Positions 1-10,273 of a stretch of DNA of 64,000 nucleotides are shown here, one piece after another. The notes below the pieces were generated by a model. That model was not told where the DNA came from. It saw only the letters and a list, made by a program, of their open reading frames with translations, and did not search any database. Source of the stretch: Promethearchaeota archaeon (GTDB lineage Archaea; Asgardarchaeota; Lokiarchaeia; Sigyniarchaeales; SOKP01); assembly GCA_016926735.1 (NCBI GenBank), contig JAFGOA010000014.1, positions 1-64,000 on the forward strand. Direction: 5' to 3'. Position 1 is the stretch's first letter; the number at the start of each line of letters is the position of its first letter. Both the position numbers and the translations under genes were made by a program.

Positions 1-33
<33 letters not shown>

Positions 34-119
34 TTTTCTAAAGATCAAACCACTCTGGATAAATTTTTTGACTAAAAAAAAGGAATCAAAATTTAACAAT
101 ATATTATAGGAGACAAAAA

Positions 120-1124
120 TTGGAGCAAGAAATGATAAATATTGGTATAATTGGAGCAGGATCCATAGGAAGTTTATTTGGAGGATACATTGCAAATATT
201 AAATCAAAAAAAAAAAAAATATCTGTTTATATATTTGGGAGAAAAAGTCATATCGAAATAATTAATTTAAAAGGATTGAAATTAATAATCCCACCTTCTA
301 ATAAAATTACAATAAATAATTTAATTTCTTTTATAAATATAAAAGATTATATGGACCAATATTTAAAATACAACATAAAATTTGATTTTTTAATTCTTTC
401 TACTAAAGCATATGACATTGAAAAAACCCTACAAGAATTTTCAGCTCTATTAAAAAAAACGACTTTTCTTGTTCTATTGCAAAATGGCATTGGTAATGAA
501 ATTATAGCAAAGAAATTTATTTCAGAATCAAAAATAATCAGAATGATCACCTCTCATGGCGCAAATTTAATCCATCCTGGTAAAATTGTACATACAGGTA
601 CAGGATTTACAAAGATAGGATATCCTTTTAAAAAAAAAGTATTTGAAAAATTTGGAGAAGGACAAGCTATATTAAACCTAGAGCGATTTAAAAATTTATT
701 AGATTTAGCAGGGATAAATACAACTATTGTCCCAAATATCAATATAGAATGCTGGGAAAAAGCATTTATCAATATAGGAATAAATAGTATTGGCACTTTA
801 TGTCGATTGAAGAATGGAGCGTTATTAGAAAATCAAAATATAAAAAATCTTATGAAAGAAACAATATTAGAAGCAATAAAAGTTGCTAAATTAAAGAAAA
901 TAAATTTAAGCAATAATGATTTCGTTGAATCATGTTTCAATGTTGCTTTAATGACAAAGGATAACATTAATTCTATGTTACAAGATATTCTAAAAGGAAA
1001 AAAAACAGAAATAGATTTTCTAAATGGAAAAGTAGTACAATATGCAAATGAGTTGAATTTTCAAGTACCTATTAATGAATTATTGACATGGTTAATTAAA
1101 GGATTAGAACAGTCTAAAATTTAA
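120..1124 (+). CDS. panE: 2-dehydropantoate 2-reductase (ketopantoate reductase)
   Basis: GAGSIG Rossmann motif, TKAYD, LQNGIG, WEKAFIN and SMLQD...KTEID..NG motifs of the ApbA/PanE family. The start may be the ATG at 132. Confidence 0.92.
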   Translation: MEQEMINIGIIGAGSIGSLFGGYIANIKSKKKKISVYIFGRKSHIEIINLKGLKLIIPPSNKITINNLISFINIKDYMDQYLKYNIKFDFLILSTKAYDIEKTLQEFSALLKKTTFLVLLQNGIGNEIIAKKFISESKIIRMITSHGANLIHPGKIVHTGTGFTKIGYPFKKKVFEKFGEGQAILNLERFKNLLDLAGINTTIVPNINIECWEKAFINIGINSIGTLCRLKNGALLENQNIKNLMKETILEAIKVAKLKKINLSNNDFVESCFNVALMTKDNINSMLQDILKGKKTEIDFLNGKVVQYANELNFQVPINELLTWLIKGLEQSKI

Positions 1125-1660
1125 ATATTCTTTACTTTTTTTATCATAAAATAAGCATTTTCTCCATCTCTATAATACTTTTTTTTTATAGAATGAACTT
1201 TATAGTTAAATTTCTTATAAAGATTAATCGCTGGATAATTTGATACTCTTACTTCAAGAACATATTCTGAGATATCCTCTTTTAATACTGCGGGCATACT
1301 TTCATTTAAAAGTGCTGTAGATACACCTTTTCGTCTATTATCTTCAGATACAGCAATAGAAACCAGATGTGCTTTATTAATTAATTTTAAATTATTTAAA
1401 GATGGAACTTTTTCTATTCTCCACATTATATATCCTATTATTTTTTTAGGATTATCTTTTTTGCAAGCAACGATAAATGATTCTGGAAAGTTATCTAAAA
1501 TACTTTTATAGAAAAAAAAAGGATAATCTTCTGGTAATTCTCTTTCATTAACCTCAATCACGCCCTCTAAATCCTCCAATGTACATCTTCTTATTAGAAA
1601 ATCAGGTCCTATATCTGATTTCATGTATGTACTTGGTTTTGCTTCTTTATCTGTCCCCAT
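1121..1660 (-). CDS. rimI: N-terminal acetyltransferase, archaeal Ard1/RimI-type GNAT
   Basis: LPEDYPFFFY, HLVSIAV...RRKGVS, LEVRVSN..AI.LY, YYRDGENAY. Confidence 0.88.
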   Translation of the reverse strand: MGTDKEAKPSTYMKSDIGPDFLIRRCTLEDLEGVIEVNERELPEDYPFFFYKSILDNFPESFIVACKKDNPKKIIGYIMWRIEKVPSLNNLKLINKAHLVSIAVSEDNRRKGVSTALLNESMPAVLKEDISEYVLEVRVSNYPAINLYKKFNYKVHSIKKKYYRDGENAYFMIKKVKNI

Positions 1661-1745
1661 CGCAATAAGTATCTTTAATTGAAATATAATAGAATAATAA
1701 TAATAAAAACTTTTAATCTTTTTTAAAAGATCCCATTAATAATGA

Positions 1746-2543
1746 TTAACTTTTGTTTAGGAGCTTTATTTTCTCTTTTTTAATATAATCTATTATCAAA
1801 TCTAAAGTTTTGCTTATATTGTCTTTGTTATTAAATTTATTGACAATTTTTTCAAGTTCTTCCATCTTTAAATTCTTAAGTTCTTGATAGAATTTTATCA
1901 TTAATGGAATTGTTCTTATAATATTGTCAACTATAGTAATATCTGCATTTAATGCTGTCCTGCTAATAGGATTAAGATCAATTGTGATAATTTTTTTCCC
2001 TAATTTTTTTAATGCTTCTGTTCTATCTCCATCTTCTAATGGAACCATTACTATATCGCTTATAAAAATTCCCTCAAGATCTACTTTTCTTCTATTACTT
2101 GATAATTCGTTTATCTCTACCATTTTTAAATCATCTTTTCCGAGTATTTTTAAAGCACCTGATTCTTCGAGTATTTTTGTGATAGCTTCAATTCTTCCTT
2201 CTTTTCTATAGAATAAATTAATTTCTAATGGAATATTCATTAAATTAGATAATTTAGATATCTGATGGGGAACAAGTGCAGCAATATTTCCATTTACACT
2301 TATTATTGGATGTTTGGCAATTAATAGCGCTGCAACCGATGCTTTTATTGCTTGGTATGCGACTTCACTTGTCTTTTCTCCAAGTATATAATCAAAACAT
2401 TCTCCTCTACCATGTGCTATAAGTCCAGCTTCCGCTACAACTAAATCTTTCATCCCTTCAATGATTTTATGTCTAAAATTTAGACTTTGGTATCTTGGAT
2501 GATCTCTTGGTATTTCATCATCATTGTTTTTATAATCAACCAA
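1746..2543 (-). CDS. 4-phosphopantoate--beta-alanine ligase (archaeal phosphopantothenate synthetase)
   Basis: IPRDHPRYQSL, GLIAHGRGECFDYILGE, SVNGN, VPLEDGDR, IDLNPISRT. Confidence 0.92.
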   Translation of the reverse strand: MVDYKNNDDEIPRDHPRYQSLNFRHKIIEGMKDLVVAEAGLIAHGRGECFDYILGEKTSEVAYQAIKASVAALLIAKHPIISVNGNIAALVPHQISKLSNLMNIPLEINLFYRKEGRIEAITKILEESGALKILGKDDLKMVEINELSSNRRKVDLEGIFISDIVMVPLEDGDRTEALKKLGKKIITIDLNPISRTALNADITIVDNIIRTIPLMIKFYQELKNLKMEELEKIVNKFNNKDNISKTLDLIIDYIKKEKIKLLNKS

Positions 2544-2639
2544 TCTGTCTCCCTAATTTCATTAGTATTTCAACTATAATTAGCAAAAATTAAGGAAAAA
2601 CTATTAATCTTTGGTATATTACTAATTTTGTAGATTATT

Positions 2640-3914
2640 ATGAGCCAAAATGTTGTAAAGAAAGGTATCGATTTAAAAAGATATAAAACAAAAAAATTAA
2701 TTGAAACACTAAAAGAAAAAAAAGGATTTCACACAGAATTAATTTCACTTTTTATACCACCTACCAGAAAAGTTTCGGATGTTACTGGTTATTTAAAAAA
2801 TGAAATAAGTGAAAGTCAGAACATTAAATCAAAATTAACAAGAAAAAATGTGTTAGATAGTATTTCTACTTTAATTGGACAATTAAAAAACATTAAAACA
2901 CTTCCTGAAAATGGATTAATTATGTTTTCAGGAGCTATTCCTCAAAATAATACTGCCGGTACTGAAAAAAATGAATTATATATCGTTGATCCTCCCGATG
3001 TTGTCAATACTTTTAAATACCATTGCGCTAGTGAATTTTTATTATGGCCTCTTGAAGATATGTTACAACCAAAAGCTTCTTATGGTTTAATAACCATTGG
3101 AAGACAAAATTCTGCTGTTGGTTATGTAAGAGGAAACAAAGTTGAGGTAGTTAGAGAATTTACTTCTGGTGTTCATAGTAAACATAGAGCTGGGGGGCAA
3201 TCTCAAAGAAGATACGAACGTGATATGGAAGAGAAGGAAAAAAATTTTTATAGAAGAATTTCTGAAGATATTAATAAAATTTTCTTAGATATGGATGATC
3301 TAAAAGGAATTTTTATTGGAGGTCCGGGATTTTCAAAAGAAAAATTTGTTAAAGATGATAATCTTGATTATCGTTTAAAAGATAAAATTATGGATACAAT
3401 AGATCTAGGATATGGTGGTGTTGAAGGAATAAGAGCATTACTGGAGCAAGTAAAAGAAAAAATTAAAGATACAAAATATGTTGAAGAAAAGCAAATTATG
3501 CAAAAATTCATGAAAGAAATCACAAATGATACAGGATTAGCAACATATGGTGTTGAAGAAGTGGAAAAAGCTCTAAATTACAGTGCTGTTGATACATTAA
3601 TTATTTCTGAAAAAATTGATCTTTATCGAACAAAATCAGAATGTTCTAATTGTGGCTATACTGAATATAAAATTGTTAAAGAAAATGAAATATCAAAAAC
3701 AGAGGAAATTATTGAAGAACAAAATTGCCCAAAATGTACTTCAAATACATTTGGAATGACGTCAAATAAATCTCTTATTGAAGAATTTGGAGAGATTGCT
3801 GAAAAAACAGGTTCTGATTTTGAGATTATATCAACAGAAACAGAAGAAGGTGAAACATTATTCAGTACTTTTGGAGGAATTGTGGCAATTTTACGATATA
3901 AATCAAATTATTAA
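2640..3914 (+). CDS. prf1: peptide chain release factor aRF1/eRF1
   Basis: NIKS motif, YHC, AGGQS, C-domain zinc-ribbon insert, FGGIVAILRY terminus. Confidence 0.97.
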   Translation: MSQNVVKKGIDLKRYKTKKLIETLKEKKGFHTELISLFIPPTRKVSDVTGYLKNEISESQNIKSKLTRKNVLDSISTLIGQLKNIKTLPENGLIMFSGAIPQNNTAGTEKNELYIVDPPDVVNTFKYHCASEFLLWPLEDMLQPKASYGLITIGRQNSAVGYVRGNKVEVVREFTSGVHSKHRAGGQSQRRYERDMEEKEKNFYRRISEDINKIFLDMDDLKGIFIGGPGFSKEKFVKDDNLDYRLKDKIMDTIDLGYGGVEGIRALLEQVKEKIKDTKYVEEKQIMQKFMKEITNDTGLATYGVEEVEKALNYSAVDTLIISEKIDLYRTKSECSNCGYTEYKIVKENEISKTEEIIEEQNCPKCTSNTFGMTSNKSLIEEFGEIAEKTGSDFEIISTETEEGETLFSTFGGIVAILRYKSNY

Positions 3915-3994
3915 AAGTAACTAATAAAAAAAATAATTAGTTTTTAAATATTATTTTCGAATATAAAAATAAAAGAATATATGTAGGTTTTTAA

Positions 3995-4975
3995 ATGGAA
4001 CTTAAAGAAGAATTATTGAAACTAAAATTTATTATGTTTGGTGGAAAAGGAGGGGTTGGAAAAACTAGCTGCGCTTCAAGTGCTGCTATCTGGGCCGCAG
4101 AAAATGGTAGAAATACTTTAATAATAAGTACAGACCCTGCACACTCTCTTGGTGATAGTTTAGGATTAGAGCTCCCTCCTGGTATTCCTACACCTGTAGA
4201 TCACATAAAAAATTTAACTGCTTTAGAGATTAATCCTAAAGCGAATATGGCGGATTTTAAAGGATTAACAAATATTAATCCAATGGAAGATCTAGAAATG
4301 GGGGGATTAGATGAAATGGGTATGTTTGGAGAAATTCAAGAATTATCGTCTATGAATCCTCCTGGTATTGATGAAGCTCTAGCATTTGGAAAAATATTAG
4401 AATTTATAGAAACAGAACATAATTTTGATTTAATAGTCTTTGATACAGCCCCTACGGGACATACATTAAGATTTTTATCTCTTCCAGAAACATTATCAGG
4501 ATGGATTGGAAAAATGCTAAAATTAAGAGTTAAATTGGGCAACTTTCTTGGTGTTTTTAAGAATTTTTTTAAGAAAGAAAAATCTGAAAAAGATAACTCA
4601 ATGGAGGTCTTAGAGCGTCTTAATAACTCTATATTAAATGCAAGAGACGATCTTATTAATCCAGAGATCACAAGTTTTGTTATTGTTATGATTCCAGAAG
4701 AAATGGCAATAGCAGAAACTGGGAGATTACTAAATCAGTTGATAAAATATAATATGTCAGTTTCAAATATGGTTATTAATCAAATCTTTCCAAAAAAGGA
4801 AGAATTATGTGATTTTTGTAAAAATCGAAGAAATATGCAAGAAAAACATATCAAAAGAATAATAGAGATATTTAAAGATAAAATGAATAAAAATATTATC
4901 CAAATCCCCTTATTTAATGATGAAGTAAGAAAATATGGAAAATTAAAAGAATTGGCAGATTATTTGATTCAATGA
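3995..4975 (+). CDS. ArsA/Get3 (TRC40)-family ATPase, single domain
   Basis: GGKGGVGKT, STDPAHSLGD, PGIDEA, FDTAPTGHTLRFL, plus the Get3-type CDFCKNRRNMQ zinc/dimer motif. Confidence 0.9.
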   Translation: MELKEELLKLKFIMFGGKGGVGKTSCASSAAIWAAENGRNTLIISTDPAHSLGDSLGLELPPGIPTPVDHIKNLTALEINPKANMADFKGLTNINPMEDLEMGGLDEMGMFGEIQELSSMNPPGIDEALAFGKILEFIETEHNFDLIVFDTAPTGHTLRFLSLPETLSGWIGKMLKLRVKLGNFLGVFKNFFKKEKSEKDNSMEVLERLNNSILNARDDLINPEITSFVIVMIPEEMAIAETGRLLNQLIKYNMSVSNMVINQIFPKKEELCDFCKNRRNMQEKHIKRIIEIFKDKMNKNIIQIPLFNDEVRKYGKLKELADYLIQ

Positions 4976-4977
4976 TA

Positions 4978-5934
4978 TTAATCTATCATATCAATGATTT
5001 TACAGTAATTACATTTTTGATTATTATTTGCTGGATATCCACAAGTTTTACATTTTAATTCATTAGTCTTTTTTTTTCTATTTATTATTTCCAATAATTC
5101 TAAAAAACCATTAAGAAGATTGAATTCTATTTCTGGACTTTTTTTTTTTAGATTATTTATAAAATCGTATACTTTTGCCTTTAGTATAGAGGAATTATTT
5201 AGAAATGGACTTTCCGGTTCATAATATTCCAGATTTAATGACTTTAGATAAATTTCAATTTCTTCATGAGGTATTCTCATTAAAGGTAAAATTATTTTAA
5301 TATATTTATCGTTAAATACTTTATTTTGATAAAGATAATAATTTTCATTTAAATTAGGATTATTATATAGAAAATCTGCTAAATAATTAGCAGCCAAATC
5401 AGTTAAATTATGATTTATTGCTAAAACAGTTCCCTCCAATTTTAATGCTACGTAAATGAGTATTCTTTCTCTTAATATGGGATAAAAATCAAAAATTATA
5501 TTTTTAGATTTTATCGAATTCATTTTATCTACAATTTTTTCCATATTTTTACCTAAGACTTCTTTATAATTAACAATTTCATGCCGAATTTTATGATTTC
5601 TACAGAATTCTGCTGTTGCTTGTATTTTTTTATCATTATACGCATCAAATCCTTCTTCTATTGAAAGTGCTATTAGTGGATTAGAGTTATAAGTTCGTTT
5701 TTGTATTTTTACCAAATTGTATAACAATGCAACTGAATTTTTGTCTCCAGAAAATTCAACAATTATTTTATCTTTTGGATTTAACATATTAAACTTAGAA
5801 ATGGTATTATATATTATTTTCTCTAAGCTATTCTTCAAACAATTATAACATAAAAAATGACCAGAATGTCTTCTTAAATATATAGATATTTCATTTTTAC
5901 ATTGAGTACATTTTTTTTTTTCTATCAGATCCAT
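4978..5934 (-). CDS. TtuA/Ncs6(CTU1)-like tRNA thiolation family protein with degenerate catalytic motifs
   Basis: N- and C-terminal zinc fingers kept; PP-loop reads SGDKNS instead of SGGKDS; central CxxC replaced by DFYP; NHNLTD in place of GHNLDD. Confidence 0.75.
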   Translation of the reverse strand: MDLIEKKKCTQCKNEISIYLRRHSGHFLCYNCLKNSLEKIIYNTISKFNMLNPKDKIIVEFSGDKNSVALLYNLVKIQKRTYNSNPLIALSIEEGFDAYNDKKIQATAEFCRNHKIRHEIVNYKEVLGKNMEKIVDKMNSIKSKNIIFDFYPILRERILIYVALKLEGTVLAINHNLTDLAANYLADFLYNNPNLNENYYLYQNKVFNDKYIKIILPLMRIPHEEIEIYLKSLNLEYYEPESPFLNNSSILKAKVYDFINNLKKKSPEIEFNLLNGFLELLEIINRKKKTNELKCKTCGYPANNNQKCNYCKIIDMID

Positions 5935-5963
5935 AATAAAATTTATATTTCCTCGATTTTCTA

Positions 5964-7748
5964 TTAAATTGAAATTCCAAATAGTTTAAATCCATATTGT
6001 CCAAATAAAAATCCAAAATTTATAACAAAAAGTATTAACGTTATTAACCGTATCGTATTTAGTATCATTAACTTTTTTCTTTTCTTGTTATCATATATAT
6101 ATTCATAATTTATCTCTATCATTGTACCTTCTTTAAGTTGAGATTTTTCAAATATTTTTAATCTAACCGTAGATTTAAAACCATCTCCAATTCTATCGAA
6201 CAAATTATAATTATTTTCTCCTAAAATTATCTCATTTTTCAAATTTGGATTATTAATATCTATTGTCGTTAATTTAATTGAATTTATTTTTTCAATACGA
6301 TATTCTGATAGATCAATATCTTTTTCATCCTTTTTAAGATAAAATTTTTCAATTTTTTCTTTTTTATTCTTATAATCATAGCCTATTTTCGAATTAACAA
6401 GTTCTTTAACCATTCTATCTCCATCTGTAATAAATAGAGGCAAAAGATTAAACATTATTAGACCAATCGTTAGAATAAAAAACCAAGACAATTGTTTAGT
6501 AATTATTTCCGGAAATTCATTAGTAAAAAACATTCCTATGTTATTCTTATACATAAAAGAACCAATACTTTGAATTCCAATAAAAACACCCTCAAGTTTT
6601 AGATTTAAGGTGTAGTTAATTCCATTATTTGACATTAATTGTATTGATTCCAAATTATATTCTGTTAGTTTTTTTTCTAAAGTAATTCCCGCTGATTTAT
6701 TTATACTCAATCCTTCTATTTCAGTTATAATAATATTAATATATTGATTTGATGTATAATTATAAAAAATACTAATAGCAGTATCATTCAAATAACGATA
6801 TTCCACTCCAATATCATATCTTGGTCCTAATGTAATATTTTTTTTTGAATGAGTATTTGAATTTGAATTATATACTTTTAGATTAATTATATCCCCAACA
6901 GAACAATTAATTCCCTCAGTTTTATTTGAGAGAATAGAATTGATTGTTATTCCTTTATATTCATCTATACTGATATACTCATAACTACCTTCCTTTTTTA
7001 TAGCGTAAATATTATCATTATTTGTTAAATTTCCAAAATTAAAACCACCTTCTTCAAGAGTTAATACCTTTGTAATCTTTGAGGTTTTTGCATAGGACGC
7101 AGATATAATTGAAGGCGTGATTATAATACAAAGAAAAATAATAATTGCTGTAATAATATTAATATAGGCTCCTGCCGAACTAATTCTTAATCGAGTATTT
7201 CTAGAATATTTTTCAGAATATAATTCCTTCTCATCAACTTCAACAAAAGCTCCAAAACCAATTAAAAAAATAAATCCAAGTCCTACAACTCCTGTAGATT
7301 TTAAATCTACATTTTCTGCAGTTGCTGCTATTCCATGTGATAATTCATGAGTTGTATAAAGAAAAATAAGAGGTAAAATCCAATATAAAAATTCCATATT
7401 AAGCTCTTGGTTACTATTTGTTCCAATAGAAGGATTTGTAATATCTATAAAATAGGTAATTATATTACTAAACAACATCCAAAAAGAAAAGATCATAAAA
7501 CAAAATGAAAGAAAAACACCAATAGACCAAAAAACTCGCCAAAATCTTGGTGCTTTTTTTCCGATTCTTTGAATATATTTATTTAATCTCTTTGTTTTAA
7601 ATAAAGCTATTAATGGAAAAAACAAATAATAAGATTTTTTTTTATTTTTGAGTAGAATAATTAAAACACAAACAAGTATCCAAAAAAGGAGGGATACTAT
7701 AAACCAAGGACTTAAAATAAAAGCCTTTAATATCTCTAATAAAATCAT
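5964..7748 (-). CDS. site-2 protease (M50 family) intramembrane zinc metalloprotease with large soluble inserts
   Basis: HELSHG, GAFVEVD, SSAG..IN, FNLLP...DG motifs and several TM segments. Confidence 0.88.
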   Translation of the reverse strand: MILLEILKAFILSPWFIVSLLFWILVCVLIILLKNKKKSYYLFFPLIALFKTKRLNKYIQRIGKKAPRFWRVFWSIGVFLSFCFMIFSFWMLFSNIITYFIDITNPSIGTNSNQELNMEFLYWILPLIFLYTTHELSHGIAATAENVDLKSTGVVGLGFIFLIGFGAFVEVDEKELYSEKYSRNTRLRISSAGAYINIITAIIIFLCIIITPSIISASYAKTSKITKVLTLEEGGFNFGNLTNNDNIYAIKKEGSYEYISIDEYKGITINSILSNKTEGINCSVGDIINLKVYNSNSNTHSKKNITLGPRYDIGVEYRYLNDTAISIFYNYTSNQYINIIITEIEGLSINKSAGITLEKKLTEYNLESIQLMSNNGINYTLNLKLEGVFIGIQSIGSFMYKNNIGMFFTNEFPEIITKQLSWFFILTIGLIMFNLLPLFITDGDRMVKELVNSKIGYDYKNKKEKIEKFYLKKDEKDIDLSEYRIEKINSIKLTTIDINNPNLKNEIILGENNYNLFDRIGDGFKSTVRLKIFEKSQLKEGTMIEINYEYIYDNKKRKKLMILNTIRLITLILFVINFGFLFGQYGFKLFGISI

Positions 7749-7847
7749 CTATTCTTATTATATCCTAAAATTCTTAACATTCTAAATAAAGAGTAAAAAT
7801 TAAATTTAATTATTTTAGATATAGAATAATCTCATAGAAATTAATTA

Positions 7848-8276
7848 TTATATCTTACTCTTATTTTTTGATGAAATTGTTGAATATTGTATTTTCTCGT
7901 TTAATATGTGCTCTAAAAGTAATTTTAAAATTTCAGCTTCAGCATAGTTAAGTAGCTTTGAATAGTCTCCTATATTAATCCAGATTTTATTGGGTTTATT
8001 TTCATCCCAATTGAGATTGATTTTAGTCTCTAAACCTTTGTAAAAATGACTTGTTTCCCATTTTTTTTTTTTATGATTTAGAATAGAATTAAAAAAAATC
8101 AATTCTTCTAAAGAAAATTTAATTATTCTTCCTTCTCCATTACTTGGTTTTTCCCATCCTCCATCATATTTTCGTTTGATACATTGGAGATAGATAAAAG
8201 GTTCATATTTTGAACTACTGGTAATGATAATTGCAATGTTCTTTCCAAAAAAACTATATTTGTGAGAATTTGCCAT
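7848..8276 (-). CDS. hypothetical protein (possible PC4/Whirly-like beta-sheet plus helix fold)
   Basis: Clean 142-aa ORF; fold is a guess from the alternating strand/helix pattern only. Confidence 0.55.
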   Translation of the reverse strand: MANSHKYSFFGKNIAIIITSSSKYEPFIYLQCIKRKYDGGWEKPSNGEGRIIKFSLEELIFFNSILNHKKKKWETSHFYKGLETKINLNWDENKPNKIWINIGDYSKLLNYAEAEILKLLLEHILNEKIQYSTISSKNKSKI

Positions 8277-8472
8277 GTTGTTGAAAAGTATATGATTTCT
8301 GATTCTTGAATATTAATCTATTTCTATGTTAAAAAATATCACTATAATTTGAGAAAAGAATAAAAGAAATGTTTAATATAAGATCTTACATATAAAAAAT
8401 AATAGATTTTTGTAGATTATTTTTTAATAGGAAGCGGGGTGGGCTAGCCTGGTTTATGCCGCAGGGCTCATA

Positions 8473-8502
8473 TATTGATAGTCATCCACTATTCTTTAAG
8501 AA
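8473..8502 (+). other. tRNA intron, canonical position 37/38 (30 nt, relaxed BHB)
   Basis: Central helix CTCA/TAAG (one mismatch), bulges TAT and AAA. Confidence 0.85.
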
Positions 8503-8524
8503 ACCCTGAGAACATTGGTTCAAA

Positions 8525-8555
8525 AGTAGTAGACTGGTCTCCAGCAAACTGAAAA
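8525..8555 (+). other. tRNA intron in the T-loop, position 59/60 (31 nt, strict BHB)
   Basis: Outer helix ATTGG/CCAAT, central helix TTCA/TGAA, bulges AAA and AAT, inner GT/AC pairs. Confidence 0.88.
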
Positions 8556-8698
8556 TCCAATCCCCGCTATATTTTTCCTTCTTTTTATATTATTCCAAAT
8601 TAATAAAATTCATAATTTATTTCTAAATTAATAATTATGAATAAAAAATATCTAATAGTATAATATATAAAAAAAAGAAGAATCTAGGAAACGATAGA

Positions 8699-9442
8699 AT
8701 GAATGAATTACAGACTTTTCGAAGGTTACCTTCTATAAAATGTTGGATTACCCATATACTCAATGGAAAATATTCCATTAACAATAGATTTCTCTATACT
8801 ATTTTTGGACAAATTAAGAGAATCAGAATTGTAACAACAATTGTTGATAAGAAAGAGATCCTTAATAATCAACGAATTAATGAAGAAGATTTTCTAGAAG
8901 ATGAAAATCCTTCAAATGTTAGAATTGAATTTTATTTGGATGATGGTACTGGGTTGATCAGAGCAACATTATGGAGCGCAAATCCAGATGATTATAGTGA
9001 ATATAATAAGGGAGATAAAATTGATTTAGTTGGCATGATAAAATATTGGAATGGATTCATATCAATTTCTCCAGAGATTATCAGAAAATTAGAGGATCCG
9101 AATTTCTCTCTATTACATGATCTTGAAATAATTAAAAGAATTAAGAAAGGAGATTTACAAGAAATTCCTGATATTAATGACCTTAATTTTGAATTTGAGA
9201 ATAATATTAATGAAATTGATGTTGATTCTTTATTTAAAGAAGAAAGTTCTGAACACTCAGATTTAAAAGATAAAATATATCTTCTTATTGAAGAGCATAC
9301 ATTGAATGGTGAGGGTATAAGTCTTCAAAATTTACTTGAATTATTAAAAATTTCAGAAAATAATTTAAAAGAGAATTTAAAAAATCTAGAGATCGAATCA
9401 AAGATATATCAATCTGAAGATAATATATATCAATCTTATTGA
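8699..9442 (+). CDS. RPA32/RPA2-like single-stranded DNA-binding protein (OB fold plus C-terminal winged helix)
   Basis: RIRIV..IV...LDDGTGLIRATLW OB fold, acidic linker, C-terminal wHTH ending in KIYQ. Confidence 0.75.
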   Translation: MNELQTFRRLPSIKCWITHILNGKYSINNRFLYTIFGQIKRIRIVTTIVDKKEILNNQRINEEDFLEDENPSNVRIEFYLDDGTGLIRATLWSANPDDYSEYNKGDKIDLVGMIKYWNGFISISPEIIRKLEDPNFSLLHDLEIIKRIKKGDLQEIPDINDLNFEFENNINEIDVDSLFKEESSEHSDLKDKIYLLIEEHTLNGEGISLQNLLELLKISENNLKENLKNLEIESKIYQSEDNIYQSY

Positions 9443-9542
9443 TATATTTTGTTTTATATTATTTTTATTTGGGGAAAATAGCAAAATTATTTTTCAAGAA
9501 TTAATTTATATTTATTAATAATTGTTTTAACCAGGATTAATT

Positions 9543-9956
9543 ATGGATTTAAATAAATATAACGAGCTTTTAGACAAAGCTTATGATAAAATTCCTGATA
9601 ATGTAAAAAAGTCAAGTAGATTTGAGATACCTAAAGTTGAAATACGTTATGAAGGAAAGAATACATATATCTCTAATTTTCAGAAGATCTTAACAACACT
9701 TGATAGAGATAGAAAACATTTTCAAGGTATTTTACAGAAAGCAGCAGGAACAATGGGAGAAATTCGGGGAAATCAACTATTCTTAAAAAGTAGATATACT
9801 GAACAAGTATTAGATAGATTAATAAAACAATATGCTAAGGAATATGTTTTATGTAATATATGCAACAAACCAGATACTACAATACAAAAAGAGGGTAAAA
9901 GACAATTTTTAAAATGTACTGCTTGTGGTGCAAGAATAGAAATTAAAGAAAAATAG
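9543..9956 (+). CDS. eif2b: translation initiation factor aIF2 beta subunit
   Basis: YNELLDKAY, RFEIP, EYVLCNICNKPDT...LKCTACGA. Confidence 0.95.
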   Translation: MDLNKYNELLDKAYDKIPDNVKKSSRFEIPKVEIRYEGKNTYISNFQKILTTLDRDRKHFQGILQKAAGTMGEIRGNQLFLKSRYTEQVLDRLIKQYAKEYVLCNICNKPDTTIQKEGKRQFLKCTACGARIEIKEK

Positions 9957-9976
9957 ATAATTAGTAATAATAAAAC

Positions 9977-10273
9977 ATGAATGTATATATAAAAGTTCAT
10001 TATAAAGATGGTATAGAGACAATTGCTATATGTGATGAAAACCTTTTATGCAAAGTTTTTAAAGAAGGTAATCTAAAGATCGAAATATCCAATCGGTTTT
10101 TTGGAGGAGAACTTATAACTGTAGAAAAAGCAATTGAAATTTTAAAAGATGTTTCCTATTTTAATATTGTTGGAGAATCAATTGTTCAAGAAGCAGTTAA
10201 TAATAAAATATTACCAAAAGAAGGAATACGCCGTATAAATGGCGTTCCAATGGCTTTAAAGATGATGTTTTAG
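9977..10273 (+). CDS. DUF424 family protein
   Basis: AICDENLL...FFGGE...NIVG...INGVP; usual neighbour of aIF2-beta and NMD3. Confidence 0.85.
   Translation: MNVYIKVHYKDGIETIAICDENLLCKVFKEGNLKIEISNRFFGGELITVEKAIEILKDVSYFNIVGESIVQEAVNNKILPKEGIRRINGVPMALKMMF

Larger units (their letters stand above)
8433..8569 (+). tRNA. initiator tRNA-Met (CAT) with two BHB introns (37/38 and 59/60)
   Basis: AGCGGGG/CCCCGCT-A acceptor stem with A1-U72, GGG/CCC anticodon stem, CTCATA loop. Removing 8473-8502 and 8525-8555 gives a canonical cloverleaf with a TTCAAAT T-loop. Confidence 0.93.
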
